Shown here: positions 9,415-20,696 of the stretch, in pieces
Layout of the letters: every line of letters starts with the position of its first letter
Numbering within the stretch: position 1 is the stretch's first letter
Assembly (NCBI GenBank): GCA_963770565.1
Contig: CAVYQE010000008.1
Span: 96,001 to 160,000 of the forward strand
From: an uncultured Actinomycetota bacterium
GTDB lineage: Bacteria; Actinomycetota; Actinomycetes; JAFAQI01
Direction of reading: 5' to 3'
DNA: 64,000 bases
Made by a program: the position numbers and the translations under genes
Notes under the pieces: generated by a model
Told to the model about the DNA's origin: nothing
What the model saw: the letters and a program-made list of their open reading frames with translations, nothing else
The model's database searches: none

Positions 9415-10161
9415 TCAGAGCAGGCGCAGCGCGCCGCCGTCGACCGGAATGAAGCATCCGGTGAGGTACGACGCGGCCGGGGAGAGCACGAATGCCGCGA
9501 CGCGACCGAACTCGGCCGGGTCGGCGTAGCGCCGGAGCGGGATGCGCGCGGCGATCGTCTCGCGGTCGGCCGGCTCCGGGGTGAGAACGAGGCTTCGTTC
9601 GGTGAGCACCCGGCCGGGCAGCAGCCCGACCACCCGGAGCCCGTCCGGCCCGATCTCGTCGGCGAGCTGCTTGGCCCACATCGCGAGGCCGGGTCGAAGC
9701 CCGTTCGAGATCGCCAGACCGTCCATCGGGCTCTTGGTCGTCGTCGAGAGCACGAGCGCCACCGCGCCGCCCGGGCTGAGGAGCGGCACGACGGCCCGGG
9801 TGATGCGGACCGCGCCGAGGAACACCGACTCGAACGCGTCGCGCCACTGCTGGTCGGTGGCCCCGAGTGCGCTCGTGGCGGGTGGCCCGCCGACGCTGAT
9901 CAACGCGCCGTCGAGGCGCCCCCAGCGATCCATTGCGGCTGCGGCCAGCTGCTCGGCGGTCGAGGGGTCTGCGATGTCGGCGGCGATCCCGGTGGCTGAC
10001 TCCGCGCCGAATTGGGCGAGGGCGGCATCGACCGACTCCTGGGTTCGCGATGACACGACCACCCGGGCGCCCTCGCCGACCAGCACGACGGCAGCCGCAA
10101 GTCCAAGCCCTCTCGTGCCGCCGGTGATGATGTACACGCGGTCGCGAAGGCCAAGATCCAT
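9415..10161 (-). CDS. SDR oxidoreductase
   Basis: ITGGTRGLG, SNGLRPGL, ASYLTGCFIPVDGG. Confidence 0.9.
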   Translation of the reverse strand: MDLGLRDRVYIITGGTRGLGLAAAVVLVGEGARVVVSSRTQESVDAALAQFGAESATGIAADIADPSTAEQLAAAAMDRWGRLDGALISVGGPPATSALGATDQQWRDAFESVFLGAVRITRAVVPLLSPGGAVALVLSTTTKSPMDGLAISNGLRPGLAMWAKQLADEIGPDGLRVVGLLPGRVLTERSLVLTPEPADRETIAARIPLRRYADPAEFGRVAAFVLSPAASYLTGCFIPVDGGALRLL

Positions 10162-10182
10162 GACGAACCCTTTCGGTCCGGG

Positions 10183-12939
10183 CTAGCGCAGTGAGCGCAG
10201 TACGTACTGCAGGATCCCACCGTGGCGGTAGTACTCCGCCTCGCCGGCGGTGTCGATCCGCACGGTTGCGGTGAAGGTCTTGTCGTCGGCCTTCACGGTG
10301 ATCTCGCGCGGGATCCGATCGGTGCCGGCCAGCCCGGCGATCTCGAAGGTCTCCTCGCCGGTCAGGCCGAGGGACTCGCGGGACTCGCCGTCGGCGTACT
10401 GCAGGGGCAGCACTCCCATCCCGATCAGGTTGGAGCGATGGATCCGTTCGAACGACTCCGCGATCACCGCGCGGACGCCGAGCAGCATCGTGCCCTTCGC
10501 CGCCCAGTCCCGTGACGAGCCGGAGCCGTACTCCTTGCCGGCCAGGACGACCAGCGGCACGCCATCGGCGAGATAGCGCTCCGACGCCTCGAAGATCGAG
10601 ATCTCGGCGCCGTCCGGAAGGTGCCGGGTGACGCCACCCTCGGTGCCAGGTGCGAGCTGGTTACGCAGCCGGATGTTGGCAAAGGTGCCGCGGATCATCA
10701 CCTCGTGGTTGCCACGACGTGAGCCATAGGAGTTGAAGTCGCGCGACCCCACCCCGTGGTCGCTGAGGTACTGCCCGGCGGGGGAGTCCTTCTTGATGCT
10801 GCCGGCCGGCGAGATGTGATCGGTCGTCACGCTGTCACCGAGCACGGCCAGCACGCGGGCACCGCGGATGTCCTCGATCGGCGCGGGCTCGGCCGGCATC
10901 CCATCGAAGTACGGCGGCCGTCGTACGTAGGTCGAGTCCTCGGCCCACTCGAAGGCGTCGCCGTCGGGCACCGAGAGGCTCTTCCACCGCTCGTCGCCGG
11001 CGAACACATCGGAGTACGACGACGCGAAGCCCGACGAGGCGACCGTGTCGTTGATGATGTCCTGGATCTCGCGCGGCGACGGCCACAGGTCCGAGAGGAA
11101 CACGTCCTTGCCCTCGCTGTCCTGGCCGAGCGGCTCGGTCAGCAGGTCGATGTCCATCGTCCCGGCGAGCGCGTAGGCGACGACCAGCGGTGGCGAGGCG
11201 AGGTAGTTCATCTTCACGTCGGGGTTGATCCGGCCCTCGAAGTTGCGGTTGCCGCTGAGCACCGACACGGCAGCGAGATCGTTGTCGTTGACCGCCTTGC
11301 TCACCTCGGGGATCAGCGGGCCGGAGTTGCCGATGCAGGTCGTGCAGCCGTAGCCGACCAGGCCGAAGCCGAGCTTGTCGAGATATGCCGTCAACCCCGA
11401 CTTGTCGTAGTAGTCGGAGACCACCTTCGAACCCGGCGCGAGCGAGGTCTTCACCCACGGCTTGCTGCGCAGCCCGCGTTCGACCGCCTTCTTGGCGAGC
11501 AACCCGGCGCCGACCATGACGAACGGGTTGGACGTGTTGGTGCACGAGGTGATCGCGGCGACGACGACCGCGCCGTGGTCGATCACGACCTCCTCGCCGT
11601 CGATCGAGATCGCGGCCGGGTTGCTCGGCCGGCCGTGGCTCGACGTGGCTGAGTGCCGCGGGCCGTCGTTCGCGCCGTCGCGACTCACCGCCGGCGGGTC
11701 GCTGGCCGGGAACGACTCCTCCGACCCTTCGTTGGCGCTGTTGCCGTTCGGGTCGTCGACGGCGTAGTCGCCGAGCACGGCGCGGAAGCCGTCCTTCGCG
11801 CTCTTCAGCGGCACTCGGTCCTGCGGCCGTTTCGGGCCTGCCAGCGAGGGCTCGACGGTGGCCAGGTCGAGCTCGAGCCGCTCGGAGTAGACCGGCTCGT
11901 GGTCGGGGTCGTGCCAGAGCCCTTGCGCCTTCGCGTAGTGCTCGATCAGCTCGACGAGCTGGGCGGGGCGGCCGGTCAGCCTCAAGTAGGTCAACGTCTC
12001 GTCGTCGATCGGGAAGATCGCGCAGGTCGAGCCGTACTCCGGGCTCATGTTTCCGATCGTGGCCCGGTTGGCCAATGGCACTGCGGCGACGCCCGGCCCG
12101 TAGAACTCGACGAACTTCCCGACCACGCCGTGCTTGCGCAGCAGCTCGGTGATCGTCAGGACGAGGTCGGTCGCAGTCGTGCCTTCGGGTTGCACGCCGT
12201 ACAGCTTGAAGCCGACCACCCGCGGGATGAGCATCGACACCGGCTGGCCGAGCATCGCCGCTTCGGCCTCGATGCCGCCGACGCCCCAGCCGAGTACGCC
12301 GAGGCCGTTGATCATCGTGGTGTGGGAGTCGGTGCCGACCAGGGTGTCGGGGTAGGCGGTGCCGTCTGCGTCGAAGACGACCCGGGCCAGGTATTCGAGG
12401 TTCACCTGGTGGACGATTCCGGTGTCCGGCGGCACGACAGTGAAGCCATCGAAGGCGTTCTGCCCCCAGCGCAGGAACTGGTAGCGCTCCTGGTTGCGCT
12501 CGAACTCCAGCGCCGCGTTGCGCTGGAAGGCGTCCGGTGCGCCGAAGACGTCGACGATGACGGAGTGGTCGATGACAAGTTCGGTGGGCACCAGCGGGTT
12601 GATCTTCTTGGGGTCGCCGCCGAGGGCCCGCATCGCCTCGCGCATCGCGGCCAGGTCGACGACACACGGCACTCCGGTGAAGTCCTGCATGACGACCCGG
12701 GCCGGGGAAAACTGGATCTCGGTGTCCGGCTCGGCGTCGGGGTCCCAGCCGGCCAGCGCCCGGATCTGGTCGGCGGTGACGTTGTGACCGTCCTCGTTGC
12801 GGAGCAGGTTCTCGAGGAGCACCTTCAAGCTGTAGGGGAGGTGCGCACTGCCGTCGACCGCGTCGATCCGGTAGACGGTGAGGTCGCGGTCACCGACGGT
12901 CAGGGTCGACCGGGCGCCGAAGCTGTTGGGGTTGGCCAT
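10183..12939 (-). CDS. acnA: aconitate hydratase A
   Basis: [49 protein letters not shown]. Confidence 0.98.
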   Translation of the reverse strand: MANPNSFGARSTLTVGDRDLTVYRIDAVDGSAHLPYSLKVLLENLLRNEDGHNVTADQIRALAGWDPDAEPDTEIQFSPARVVMQDFTGVPCVVDLAAMREAMRALGGDPKKINPLVPTELVIDHSVIVDVFGAPDAFQRNAALEFERNQERYQFLRWGQNAFDGFTVVPPDTGIVHQVNLEYLARVVFDADGTAYPDTLVGTDSHTTMINGLGVLGWGVGGIEAEAAMLGQPVSMLIPRVVGFKLYGVQPEGTTATDLVLTITELLRKHGVVGKFVEFYGPGVAAVPLANRATIGNMSPEYGSTCAIFPIDDETLTYLRLTGRPAQLVELIEHYAKAQGLWHDPDHEPVYSERLELDLATVEPSLAGPKRPQDRVPLKSAKDGFRAVLGDYAVDDPNGNSANEGSEESFPASDPPAVSRDGANDGPRHSATSSHGRPSNPAAISIDGEEVVIDHGAVVVAAITSCTNTSNPFVMVGAGLLAKKAVERGLRSKPWVKTSLAPGSKVVSDYYDKSGLTAYLDKLGFGLVGYGCTTCIGNSGPLIPEVSKAVNDNDLAAVSVLSGNRNFEGRINPDVKMNYLASPPLVVAYALAGTMDIDLLTEPLGQDSEGKDVFLSDLWPSPREIQDIINDTVASSGFASSYSDVFAGDERWKSLSVPDGDAFEWAEDSTYVRRPPYFDGMPAEPAPIEDIRGARVLAVLGDSVTTDHISPAGSIKKDSPAGQYLSDHGVGSRDFNSYGSRRGNHEVMIRGTFANIRLRNQLAPGTEGGVTRHLPDGAEISIFEASERYLADGVPLVVLAGKEYGSGSSRDWAAKGTMLLGVRAVIAESFERIHRSNLIGMGVLPLQYADGESRESLGLTGEETFEIAGLAGTDRIPREITVKADDKTFTATVRIDTAGEAEYYRHGGILQYVLRSLR

Positions 12940-13552
12940 CGATGAGCTCCTGATCTAGTGGTGTGTCTCGGTGCGTCGGCGGGTGGTGCGCGACGGGGGA
13001 CTCGCGGACCGCTTGTTCTGCGAGGTCGAGGATCGCGTCGAGATGCTGCACCGGCATGCCGGTGGCGAGCTGGGCGACGAGCCCGTCGTACGCGAGCAGC
13101 AAGAACGCGGCCAGGGTCTCGATCGGGACGTCGTCACGCACCACGCCGGCGTCGCGCTGGCGCGCCAGCCGGGCCTGGGTCGCGCGGGTGATCGAGCGAA
13201 GGTGGTGCTGCCAGAGCGCCGCGAACTGCGGATCGGTCCGGACCCGGCGCGACACCTCGAGCTGTACGCCGAGCCAGCCGACATCCTTGTCCCGAAGCTT
13301 GTGCATCGCCCCGACCAGGCCGAAGTCGTCGACGAGGGTCGCGACCTCTTCGGCGTCCTCCTGGGCGAGGGCCAGGAACAGCGCGTCCTTGTCGGCGAAG
13401 TGGTGAAAGATCGCGCCACGCGACAGGCCGGTGGCTTCCTCGAGCCGGCGAACGGTGGCGCCTTCGTAGCCGTATGCCGCAAACGCTCGCCGGGCGCCTT
13501 CTAGGACGCGGCGCCGGGTCGCTTCGAGCCGTTCGGGGCTGACCTTGGGCAC
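12890..13552 (-). CDS. acnR: TetR-family aconitase repressor (AcnR/Rv1474c-like)
   Basis: MPKVS...[29 protein letters not shown]; directly upstream of acnA; C-terminal tail overlaps acnA by 50 nt. Confidence 0.85.
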   Translation of the reverse strand: MPKVSPERLEATRRRVLEGARRAFAAYGYEGATVRRLEEATGLSRGAIFHHFADKDALFLALAQEDAEEVATLVDDFGLVGAMHKLRDKDVGWLGVQLEVSRRVRTDPQFAALWQHHLRSITRATQARLARQRDAGVVRDDVPIETLAAFLLLAYDGLVAQLATGMPVQHLDAILDLAEQAVRESPVAHHPPTHRDTPLDQELIDGQPQQLRRPVDPDRR

Positions 13553-13590
13553 GACCGAACTTTACCAAACCGTACGTCCGTCTTGCAATA
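13553..13590 (-). promoter_or_regulatory. leaderless SigA-type promoter of acnR-acnA with candidate operator
   Basis: TTGCAA-18nt-TAAAGT-6nt-GTG; imperfect palindrome AAACCGTACGTCCGTCTT (13567-13584) in the spacer. Confidence 0.7.
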
Positions 13591-13598
13591 GCCCGGTC

Positions 13599-13684
13599 CC
13601 AAGCAATGTCACATTGCCCAGCTGTTTCCGGGGGTGATGTGACCTTGCCCCGACGAAGTGGGGGGCAATGTCACATTGCTTGTC
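13599..13684 (+). repeat. 86-bp tri-palindromic interspersed element, copy 2
   Basis: Boxes at 13604, 13635, 13666; contains the padR stop codon. Confidence 0.92.
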
Positions 13685-14282
13685 GTGACCGTGACGGGTC
13701 GGCCGGCGGCGCGGGTTCGGTGATCTCGCGGCGCTGGACGGGGAGGGCCTCGCGGGCGGCGGCCGCCAGCGTCGCGCGCGCTTCGTCGGCGAGGTCGAGG
13801 AGCTCGAGGTCGGCCTGGTTGTGCAGCCGGGCCGCGTCGATCAGGAGCTGGATCAGGGGCTGCTGCTCGTGCCCGCGGCGCAGCTCGCTCAGCGTGCGCA
13901 GCTGGCCGAGCTGGTAGGCGCGCTGGCGGCTGACCACCGCACTCACGGTGTCGGCGCCGGCCCGCGACGCGACCAGCAGCTTGAAGAACAGCTCGTCGCG
14001 ATAACCGCTGACCCGCTCGGCGGGCTGCTCGAGCCAGGCGGCAAGCTCCGCGCGCCCGGCGTCGGTCAGCGCGTAGACCCGCCGATCGGGGCGGACGTCG
14101 TTCGGCACCCGCTCGCTGGTGACGCAGCCGTCCCGCGCGAGCCGGTCGAGGGTCTGGTAGAGGTGGCCGATGTTGAGCCGGCCCCACTGCGGGCCGATCG
14201 CCGCCTCGAACCGTTGCTTGAGCTCGTACCCGTGGGTCGGCCCGTCGTCGAGCAGCGCCAGGACCGCGTGTTGTATCGGCAT
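13671..14282 (-). CDS. PadR-family regulator
   Basis: MPIQHAVLALLDDGPTHGYELK...GHLYQTLDRL...RRVYALTDAGR. Confidence 0.92.
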   Translation of the reverse strand: MPIQHAVLALLDDGPTHGYELKQRFEAAIGPQWGRLNIGHLYQTLDRLARDGCVTSERVPNDVRPDRRVYALTDAGRAELAAWLEQPAERVSGYRDELFFKLLVASRAGADTVSAVVSRQRAYQLGQLRTLSELRRGHEQQPLIQLLIDAARLHNQADLELLDLADEARATLAAAAREALPVQRREITEPAPPADPSRSRQAM

Positions 14283-14328
14283 GGTCACGATCCCCCTACG
14301 GATGCTTGGCAGGCCGACTCGGCCATGG

Positions 14329-14362
14329 TTGCATACCGGCAATGTATACCGCTCGAATGTAT
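14329..14362. promoter_or_regulatory. AT-enriched repeated motif between divergent padR and ABC genes (candidate operator)
   Basis: TTGCATACCGGCAATGTATACCGCTCGAATGTAT. Confidence 0.3.
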
Positions 14363-14376
14363 CTCTGGCGTCGTTC

Positions 14377-15129
14377 GTGAGCGAGTCGGCTCGACCGGGC
14401 GCCAGGGTCGAGGTCACCGACGTGGTTCGCCGCTACGGCCGCGGGGAGTCCGAGGTGGTGGCGCTTGGGGGCGTCAGCCTGGCGGCCGCGAGCGGGCAGA
14501 TGATCGCCCTCACCGGTCCGTCCGGCTCGGGCAAGTCGACCCTGCTGCATCTGCTCGCGGCCTTCGACCGGCCGGACAGCGGATCGGTGGTGATCGACGG
14601 GGTCGACCTCACCCGGGTCCGGCGGGCCGATCTGGTTGCGCATCGGCGCCGGGTCGGGTTCGTGTTCCAGCGGTTCAACCTGCTGCCGTCGCTGACCGCG
14701 ACCGACAACATCCTGGCGCCGGTCCTTCCGTACCGGGTCGACTTCGACAAAGGCGAACGCGCCGCACGGCTGCTCGCCGACGTCGGCATCGAGGGCCGGG
14801 GCAACGCCTTGCCCTCCGAGCTCTCTGGTGGCCAACAGCAGCGGGTGGCGATCGCCCGGGCGCTGGTCAACTCGCCGTCACTGCTGCTCGCCGACGAGCC
14901 AACCGGCAACCTCGACTCGGCCACTGGTGATGAAGTACTGGCCCTGATCATGGCGCTGCGCGCGGCCAGCGGGATGACGGTCGTGGTCGCGACCCACAAC
15001 CCGAGCGTCGCGGCGCACGCGGACCGGGTGCTGCATCTGCGGGACGGCCAGATCACCGACGACATCACCGTGCGCGCCCAGGATGCCCCGGACGAGCTGC
15101 TCGCCCGGATCAACAAGCTCAGGGGCTGA
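14377..15129 (+). CDS. ABC ATP-binding protein (LolD/MacB type)
   Basis: [45 protein letters not shown]. Confidence 0.93.
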   Translation: MSESARPGARVEVTDVVRRYGRGESEVVALGGVSLAAASGQMIALTGPSGSGKSTLLHLLAAFDRPDSGSVVIDGVDLTRVRRADLVAHRRRVGFVFQRFNLLPSLTATDNILAPVLPYRVDFDKGERAARLLADVGIEGRGNALPSELSGGQQQRVAIARALVNSPSLLLADEPTGNLDSATGDEVLALIMALRAASGMTVVVATHNPSVAAHADRVLHLRDGQITDDITVRAQDAPDELLARINKLRG

Positions 15130-15133
15130 GTCG

Positions 15134-17905
15134 GTGAGCCAGCGGCGGCGATCCGGAGGGCGCGGGCGGATGGTCCTGGCCCAACTGCGCAACGACCGGC
15201 CGCGCACGGTGACGATGCTGGCGGCAGTGGCGGTGGCCACTGCGGCGTTCACGGTGCTGACCGGCGCGGCCGACACGGCCCGGGTGGTGGCCAACCAGAA
15301 GGTCACCTCGACCGGCCCGAGTGCCTACGACATCCTGGTCCGCCCGCGCGGCTCGCAAACCGCGGTGGAGCGCACCAGCGGCGAGGTCCGCCCGGGCTTC
15401 CTCGACGGTGTCTTCGGCGGGATCAGCATGAAGCAGTACCACGCGATCAGCCGGATCCAGGGCGTGCAGGTCGCGGCACCGGTCGCGATGGTGGGATACA
15501 CGCTGCAAGTCGTGCCGTTCGGGATCAGCCTCGGACCGCTCCGGTCGCGAGCCACGAGGCAGCTGTACGAGGTGTCGGACGAGATGGCGACCGACCGCGG
15601 GCTGTCGCACATTCCGACCCCGCCGTCGTACGTCTACCTGACCCGGCGACCCCTCCACCTGCCCCCGAACCGAGGCACGCTGAAGCAGATCGACGAGCCG
15701 ATCAGGGAGGTCGAGCCAGGCGGCCAGGTCGTTCCGATCTGCGCCGGAGGAGAGCCGAAGTACACCAGCCCGTACATCGCCAAGGCTCGCGGCAACGACC
15801 GTTGCCTGCCGCTGGCGACTGCCTCGCACCAGCGCTACCCGACCTCGCTGTACATCTCGGTGCCGCTGCTGATCGAGGCGATCGACCCCTCTGCCGAGGC
15901 CCGGCTGGACGGCCTGAATCGCAGCATCGTCAAGGGTCGGTACTTGCGCGGCTCCGACGGGGTGAACAGCGTTCGCGGCACGCACGCAGACCTGGACAGC
16001 CCGACCTTCCCGGTGCTGGTGTCCAATCGCAACTACCTCGACAATGAGCTCACTGTTACTGTCCGCCGGCTTGCCGCCGCCGCCGCGCGGGCGGTGCCGG
16101 CGCGTCCGCTCGCGCTCGAGGACAACGCCTCGCGCGGCACCGGTCCGGTGGTCAGCGTCCAACACATCTCGATCGGGACGGCCTATCGCCGGCTGGTCGA
16201 ACAACTGCGCGGCAAGACCGACCGCAACCTGTTCAGCCCGGTGGACGGGCTCTGGCGGGTGACGCCGACCGGCTACACGGCGGCCGGGAATGACGCGCCG
16301 CTTGAGCCGAAGTCGATCTCCAACCCGAACACGGTCTGGCACTCGGTGTTCCAATCGGACGGATTCGTGGCGGTGCCACCGGACGACCAGGACACGGCGT
16401 ACCGCGCGATCCACGAGCACGTCGCGAGCAACAGCGCGTTCGGCCAGCCAACGTTGCCGGTGCCGATCGCAGTGGGCGTGTTCGATCCGAACAAGATCCC
16501 GCCGTTCAACCCGCTGACGCACGTGCCGCTCGGCGGCTACGAGCCGCCTCAGGCCACGCCGGCGGACCCGCGGTCCGCCGCGCTGCTGCACGGTCGAGGC
16601 CTGCTTCCGAACAGCAACCTGGGCGGCTACCTCGGTCAACCGCCCCAGCTCGTCACGACCCTCGCCGCGCTGCCGGCCCTGGAGAACTCGCAGGCGTTCA
16701 GCGGCAACCTCGACCCGGGCCGCCCGATCAGCGCGATCCGGATCCGGGTGGCGGGCGCGACCGGTGAAGATGCGTTGAGCCGCGCGCGGGTCAACCTGGT
16801 GGCGCAGGACATCATCCAGCGGACCGGGTTGCAGGTCGACATCACCGCCGGGTCGTCGCCGTCGACCCGGGTCACCGATCTGCCGGCCGGCACGTTCGGT
16901 CGCCCGGCGCTCGCGATCCGTGAGGGCTGGGTGGTCAAGGACATCGTCGTGCTGATCCTGCATAGCGTCGATCGCAAGAGTCTGTTGCTGTTCATCCTGG
17001 TGCTGGTCGTGAGCGGGCTGTTCGTGCTGAACGCGGCGACCGCCGCCGTCCGCTCGCGGCGCGGCCAGCTCGGGGTGCTGGCCTGCACCGGGTGGGGACA
17101 GCGACAGCTGTTCGGCGTGGTGATGTCCGAACAGATCGCGATCGGTCTGGTCGCCGGCGTCGTCGGGGTGGGCGTCGCCGTCCCGGTCGCGGACGCGACC
17201 GGGCTCCAGGTGACGTTGGCCCGGGTCGCCGTCGCGGTCGCCGCGGCCACCGTGCTCTCGGCGCTGGCCGCGATCCCGCCTGCGTTCACGGCAGCGAGGT
17301 CGAACCCGCTCGAGGCGATCCGCCCGGTCGCCGGGCACTACCGGTCCAGGCATCCGGTCCGTACGACGGTCGGCCTCGCGGCTCTCAACCTCGCGCGGGC
17401 GCGTGGACGCAGCGCGATCGCGGTAGTCGGCCTCGCCATCGGCATCTGCTCGACGATCTTCCTGCTCGCCGTCACGACGAGCTTCAACGGGCAGCTGGCG
17501 GGTGACCTGCTCGGTCAGGCAGTGACGGTCCGGGTGCGCGCGGTCGACTATGCGGCGGTGATCGTCATGCTCGGGCTCGGCGCGTTCGGGGTCAGCGACG
17601 TGCTCTATCTCAACGTGCGCGAGCGGGCGGCGGAGCTGGCCACCTTGCAGGCCACCGGATGGTCGCGTCGACAGGTCGGGCGGATGATCACGGCTGAGGG
17701 CGCGATGCTCGGGGTGGCCGGCGCGGTGCTCGGAGCGGTCGCGGGCACCGCCCTGATCGTCAACTTCACCAGCGAGACCGTTCATCGCGCGCTGCCGCTC
17801 GCGTTCGTCGCGGTCGCGGTCGGCGTGCTGCTCGGCGCGATGGCCGCACTGCTACCGGTCCAAGCCCTGCCACGCCGGCTCTCGGCCGCACTCGCCGAGG
17901 AGTGA
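15134..17905 (+). CDS. FtsX/MacB-like ABC permease with a large extracytoplasmic domain
   Basis: N-terminal TM, long soluble region, two FtsX-type TM blocks ([13 protein letters not shown]; [13 protein letters not shown]). Confidence 0.85.
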   Translation: MSQRRRSGGRGRMVLAQLRNDRPRTVTMLAAVAVATAAFTVLTGAADTARVVANQKVTSTGPSAYDILVRPRGSQTAVERTSGEVRPGFLDGVFGGISMKQYHAISRIQGVQVAAPVAMVGYTLQVVPFGISLGPLRSRATRQLYEVSDEMATDRGLSHIPTPPSYVYLTRRPLHLPPNRGTLKQIDEPIREVEPGGQVVPICAGGEPKYTSPYIAKARGNDRCLPLATASHQRYPTSLYISVPLLIEAIDPSAEARLDGLNRSIVKGRYLRGSDGVNSVRGTHADLDSPTFPVLVSNRNYLDNELTVTVRRLAAAAARAVPARPLALEDNASRGTGPVVSVQHISIGTAYRRLVEQLRGKTDRNLFSPVDGLWRVTPTGYTAAGNDAPLEPKSISNPNTVWHSVFQSDGFVAVPPDDQDTAYRAIHEHVASNSAFGQPTLPVPIAVGVFDPNKIPPFNPLTHVPLGGYEPPQATPADPRSAALLHGRGLLPNSNLGGYLGQPPQLVTTLAALPALENSQAFSGNLDPGRPISAIRIRVAGATGEDALSRARVNLVAQDIIQRTGLQVDITAGSSPSTRVTDLPAGTFGRPALAIREGWVVKDIVVLILHSVDRKSLLLFILVLVVSGLFVLNAATAAVRSRRGQLGVLACTGWGQRQLFGVVMSEQIAIGLVAGVVGVGVAVPVADATGLQVTLARVAVAVAAATVLSALAAIPPAFTAARSNPLEAIRPVAGHYRSRHPVRTTVGLAALNLARARGRSAIAVVGLAIGICSTIFLLAVTTSFNGQLAGDLLGQAVTVRVRAVDYAAVIVMLGLGAFGVSDVLYLNVRERAAELATLQATGWSRRQVGRMITAEGAMLGVAGAVLGAVAGTALIVNFTSETVHRALPLAFVAVAVGVLLGAMAALLPVQALPRRLSAALAEE

Positions 17906-19422
17906 GCGACCTGCGGGCCCTTGCGGGCCTGGCGGTCGCGAGCGTCCTCCTCGTTGCGGGGTGTCACGGGTCCAAGCCCGGCTCGGCGCCGGTCGTGTCG
18001 TCGTCGACCGGACAGCATCCGACGGCGGCGCACCCGATTGCCGCCCGGCTGACCGTCCCACCGCAGGTATGGCCGGTGGCTCGGGGCGGCGACCGGCCGC
18101 CGTACACCGAGGCCCGGTCGGATCCAGGGGTCGACGACGAATACCCGGGCCGGGGCGCGGCCGGCGTCGATGCGCTGCACTACGGTCTCGACCTGACCTG
18201 GGACGCGCAACGCCGCCTGCTGTCCGGCAGCGCCGCGATCAGCTTCCGCGCGACCCGGGGTGAGACGTCGATCACGCTCGACTTCGGTGCCGCGCTTCGG
18301 CCCCGAGGCGTCCGGTTTGATGGCCGGCGAGTGCCGGCGCGACACCCTGGATCGAAGCTGGTGGTCACGACCGGCCCGTTGTCCGCCGACAGCCCACACA
18401 CGGTCGTCGTCCGGTACGACGGCAGGCCGCGGCCGACCCAGTCGACATCGAGCCCCGACCTGTCCGGTCTCGGATGGAACGTGCAGCCCGACGGCACGGT
18501 CTGGACGGTCCAGGAGCCCTTCGGCGCCTACACCTGGTATCCGGTCGATGATCAGCCGTCGGACAAGGCGTTCTACGACATCACCTGGCACACCAAGGCT
18601 TCCTGGACCGGGGTGAGCAACGGGCGGCTGGTCGGCGACTCGGTGCACGACGGCCGGCGCACTACCCGTTGGCAGCTCGACTCGCCGGCCGCGAGCTATC
18701 TGGTCACAGCGGTGATCGGGCCCTACCAGCAGTACCGACAGACCGGCCCGCGCGGGTTGCCGCTCAGCTATTGGGTCACCCGGCCGGACCGGCCCGTGCT
18801 CCGGGTGCTCGACCAGACGCCGGCGATGCTCCAGTGGCTCGAGGCCCGACTCGGTCGCTACCCGTTCGACTCGCTCGGCGACGTCGTGGTGCCGGCCCAC
18901 ACCGCGGTCGAGACGCAGACGATGGTCACGGTCGGGGCTCCGGTGCTCCGGCTGCCGGCCGGGGCGAGTGACCTGCTGCACGAGTACGTCCATTCCTGGT
19001 ACGGCGACGAGGTGACGCCCAGTGGTTGGGACGACCTGTGGCTCAACGAGAGCTTCGCCTTCTACGTCCAGCTCACCTGGGAGGCCTCGCACGGGGTCGC
19101 GACGACCGCCGAGTGGCGGCGGATGCTGGATCGCGACGATCAGCGGCTGCGGACGACGTACGGCCCGCCGGGCCGGCCCGACCCGGGGGACTTCGCCGCG
19201 CTGAACGTCTATGAATGCGGTGCCCGGATGCTCGATCGGCTGCGCTCGATGCTCGGTCCGCGGCTGTTCGCCGACGTGCTGCGCGGATGGCCGCAACAGC
19301 ATCGCTTCGGCACCGTCAATCGAAACGAGTGGATTGCCTTCCTCGACCATCGGACCGGCCGCGACCTGCGGTCCTTCGTCGAGCATTGGCTCGACTCGCG
19401 GCGGTCGCCGGGCCGAACATGA
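17902..19422 (+). CDS. M1-family metalloaminopeptidase, lipoprotein
   Basis: Lipobox LVAGC; HEYVHSWYG...LWLNESFA (HEXXH-18-E); GTGA overlap with the permease gene. Confidence 0.9.
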   Translation: MSDLRALAGLAVASVLLVAGCHGSKPGSAPVVSSSTGQHPTAAHPIAARLTVPPQVWPVARGGDRPPYTEARSDPGVDDEYPGRGAAGVDALHYGLDLTWDAQRRLLSGSAAISFRATRGETSITLDFGAALRPRGVRFDGRRVPARHPGSKLVVTTGPLSADSPHTVVVRYDGRPRPTQSTSSPDLSGLGWNVQPDGTVWTVQEPFGAYTWYPVDDQPSDKAFYDITWHTKASWTGVSNGRLVGDSVHDGRRTTRWQLDSPAASYLVTAVIGPYQQYRQTGPRGLPLSYWVTRPDRPVLRVLDQTPAMLQWLEARLGRYPFDSLGDVVVPAHTAVETQTMVTVGAPVLRLPAGASDLLHEYVHSWYGDEVTPSGWDDLWLNESFAFYVQLTWEASHGVATTAEWRRMLDRDDQRLRTTYGPPGRPDPGDFAALNVYECGARMLDRLRSMLGPRLFADVLRGWPQQHRFGTVNRNEWIAFLDHRTGRDLRSFVEHWLDSRRSPGRT

Positions 19423-19533
19423 CGCTGCAGCGGGTCGATCCCGTTTGTGCGGACGAAGTTGCCAGAGCGTGGCAGAATCCGTCAACGTTCGGCGCACGAA
19501 GGCGCGCGACGCACCTGACGCGGGGGATCCACG

Positions 19534-20658
19534 ATGAGCCGGATGACACGTGCACTGGGCCTGCTCGTCGTACCGGTGGCGGTTGTCACCATGCTCCCGG
19601 GAACGGCGCAGGCCGTCGCGCCGTTCGGTCCCGCGCATCAGGTCCTGCCGGACAGCTGCGCGGGAAGCCTGACCGTCCTGGACTCGTCGGGGGGCCGGCA
19701 CGGGTTCACGCTTTGCCGGCTCAGCAGCGGGTACGACGACCTGTACGCCGTGACCGCGGCACCGGGAGCCAGCACATGGAAACGGACCCGGGTCGCTACC
19801 AAGGCTCAGTCCCTGATGGCGGTCGCAGACGACGGGCACTCCTCGTACGCGCTCTACGACAGCACGACCGGCGTCGAGCTGCTCACCCGTACCAGATCTG
19901 GGACGAATCACGTCAAGACACTGGTCGCCAAGCGAGACGGCGCGGCAGGCACTGGAGCACTGGTCGCCCGAGGCGGCAAATGGTGGGCGGTGTGGTCGGA
20001 CGAGACCGCCATTACTGGCGGGACGGAGTGCTTCTACCTGTTCCAGGCGAAGACGCTCGACGGGATCCAGGGTGCCCACAACACCAAGCTGTGCGCGAGC
20101 GAGCCGAGCCTCGCGCTCGGCTCTAACGGTGAGCCGGTCCTCACGTATCGCGTCTCGCAGGATGAGGTCGGCGGCCAGGTCGTCGTGTCCAAGTGGCGGG
20201 CGGGCAAGTGGTCCAAGCCGCATGTCGTGACTGCGAAGAACCAGGTCGGAAAGCTTCCGACGGTGAGCGTGTCGGGCACGACGACGCGGGTGACCTGGCT
20301 GCAGTTCGTCCCGGGCAAGAACCACTACGTCGTCGAGGTCGCGACGGAGGTCGGCAGCGGTGCTTGGCATACCAGGTCGTTCGCGCCACCCGCGGTGTTC
20401 GACACGGCGGTGGTCTCGCATCCGCAGACGGTCGAGTCAAAGGGCAAGGTGGTCGTTGCCTGGACGGTGCTCAGCACCAAGGGCAAGGAGATCATCGAGG
20501 TCGAGGAGAACACCGGCGGCAAGTGGTCACAACGCGAAGTCGGTGACGGCACCAGCGGCGACGCTGTGCTCACTCAGCTCGCCGCGATCAAGGGGCGCGC
20601 CTATCTCGTCATGGAGCACTCCGACACCACGATCTACGACCTGGCCGCGCATCAGTAG
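19534..20658 (+). CDS. secreted beta-rich hypothetical protein
   Basis: Signal peptide ending AQA; repeated GxW motifs; four Cys. Confidence 0.75.
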   Translation: MSRMTRALGLLVVPVAVVTMLPGTAQAVAPFGPAHQVLPDSCAGSLTVLDSSGGRHGFTLCRLSSGYDDLYAVTAAPGASTWKRTRVATKAQSLMAVADDGHSSYALYDSTTGVELLTRTRSGTNHVKTLVAKRDGAAGTGALVARGGKWWAVWSDETAITGGTECFYLFQAKTLDGIQGAHNTKLCASEPSLALGSNGEPVLTYRVSQDEVGGQVVVSKWRAGKWSKPHVVTAKNQVGKLPTVSVSGTTTRVTWLQFVPGKNHYVVEVATEVGSGAWHTRSFAPPAVFDTAVVSHPQTVESKGKVVVAWTVLSTKGKEIIEVEENTGGKWSQREVGDGTSGDAVLTQLAAIKGRAYLVMEHSDTTIYDLAAHQ

Positions 20659-20696
20659 CCCCGACCGGCCCGCGCGGGTTCCGGCCATCGCCCGGC

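Noticed and set aside
11620-11765. Low-complexity insert in AcnA (ESFPASDPP) as an intein or novel domain
   Set aside because: A usual feature of actinobacterial aconitases as I recall; no intein splice motifs
15119-20421. 888-aa and 879-aa minus-strand ORFs
   Set aside because: Antisense shadows of well-supported plus-strand genes, expected at high GC
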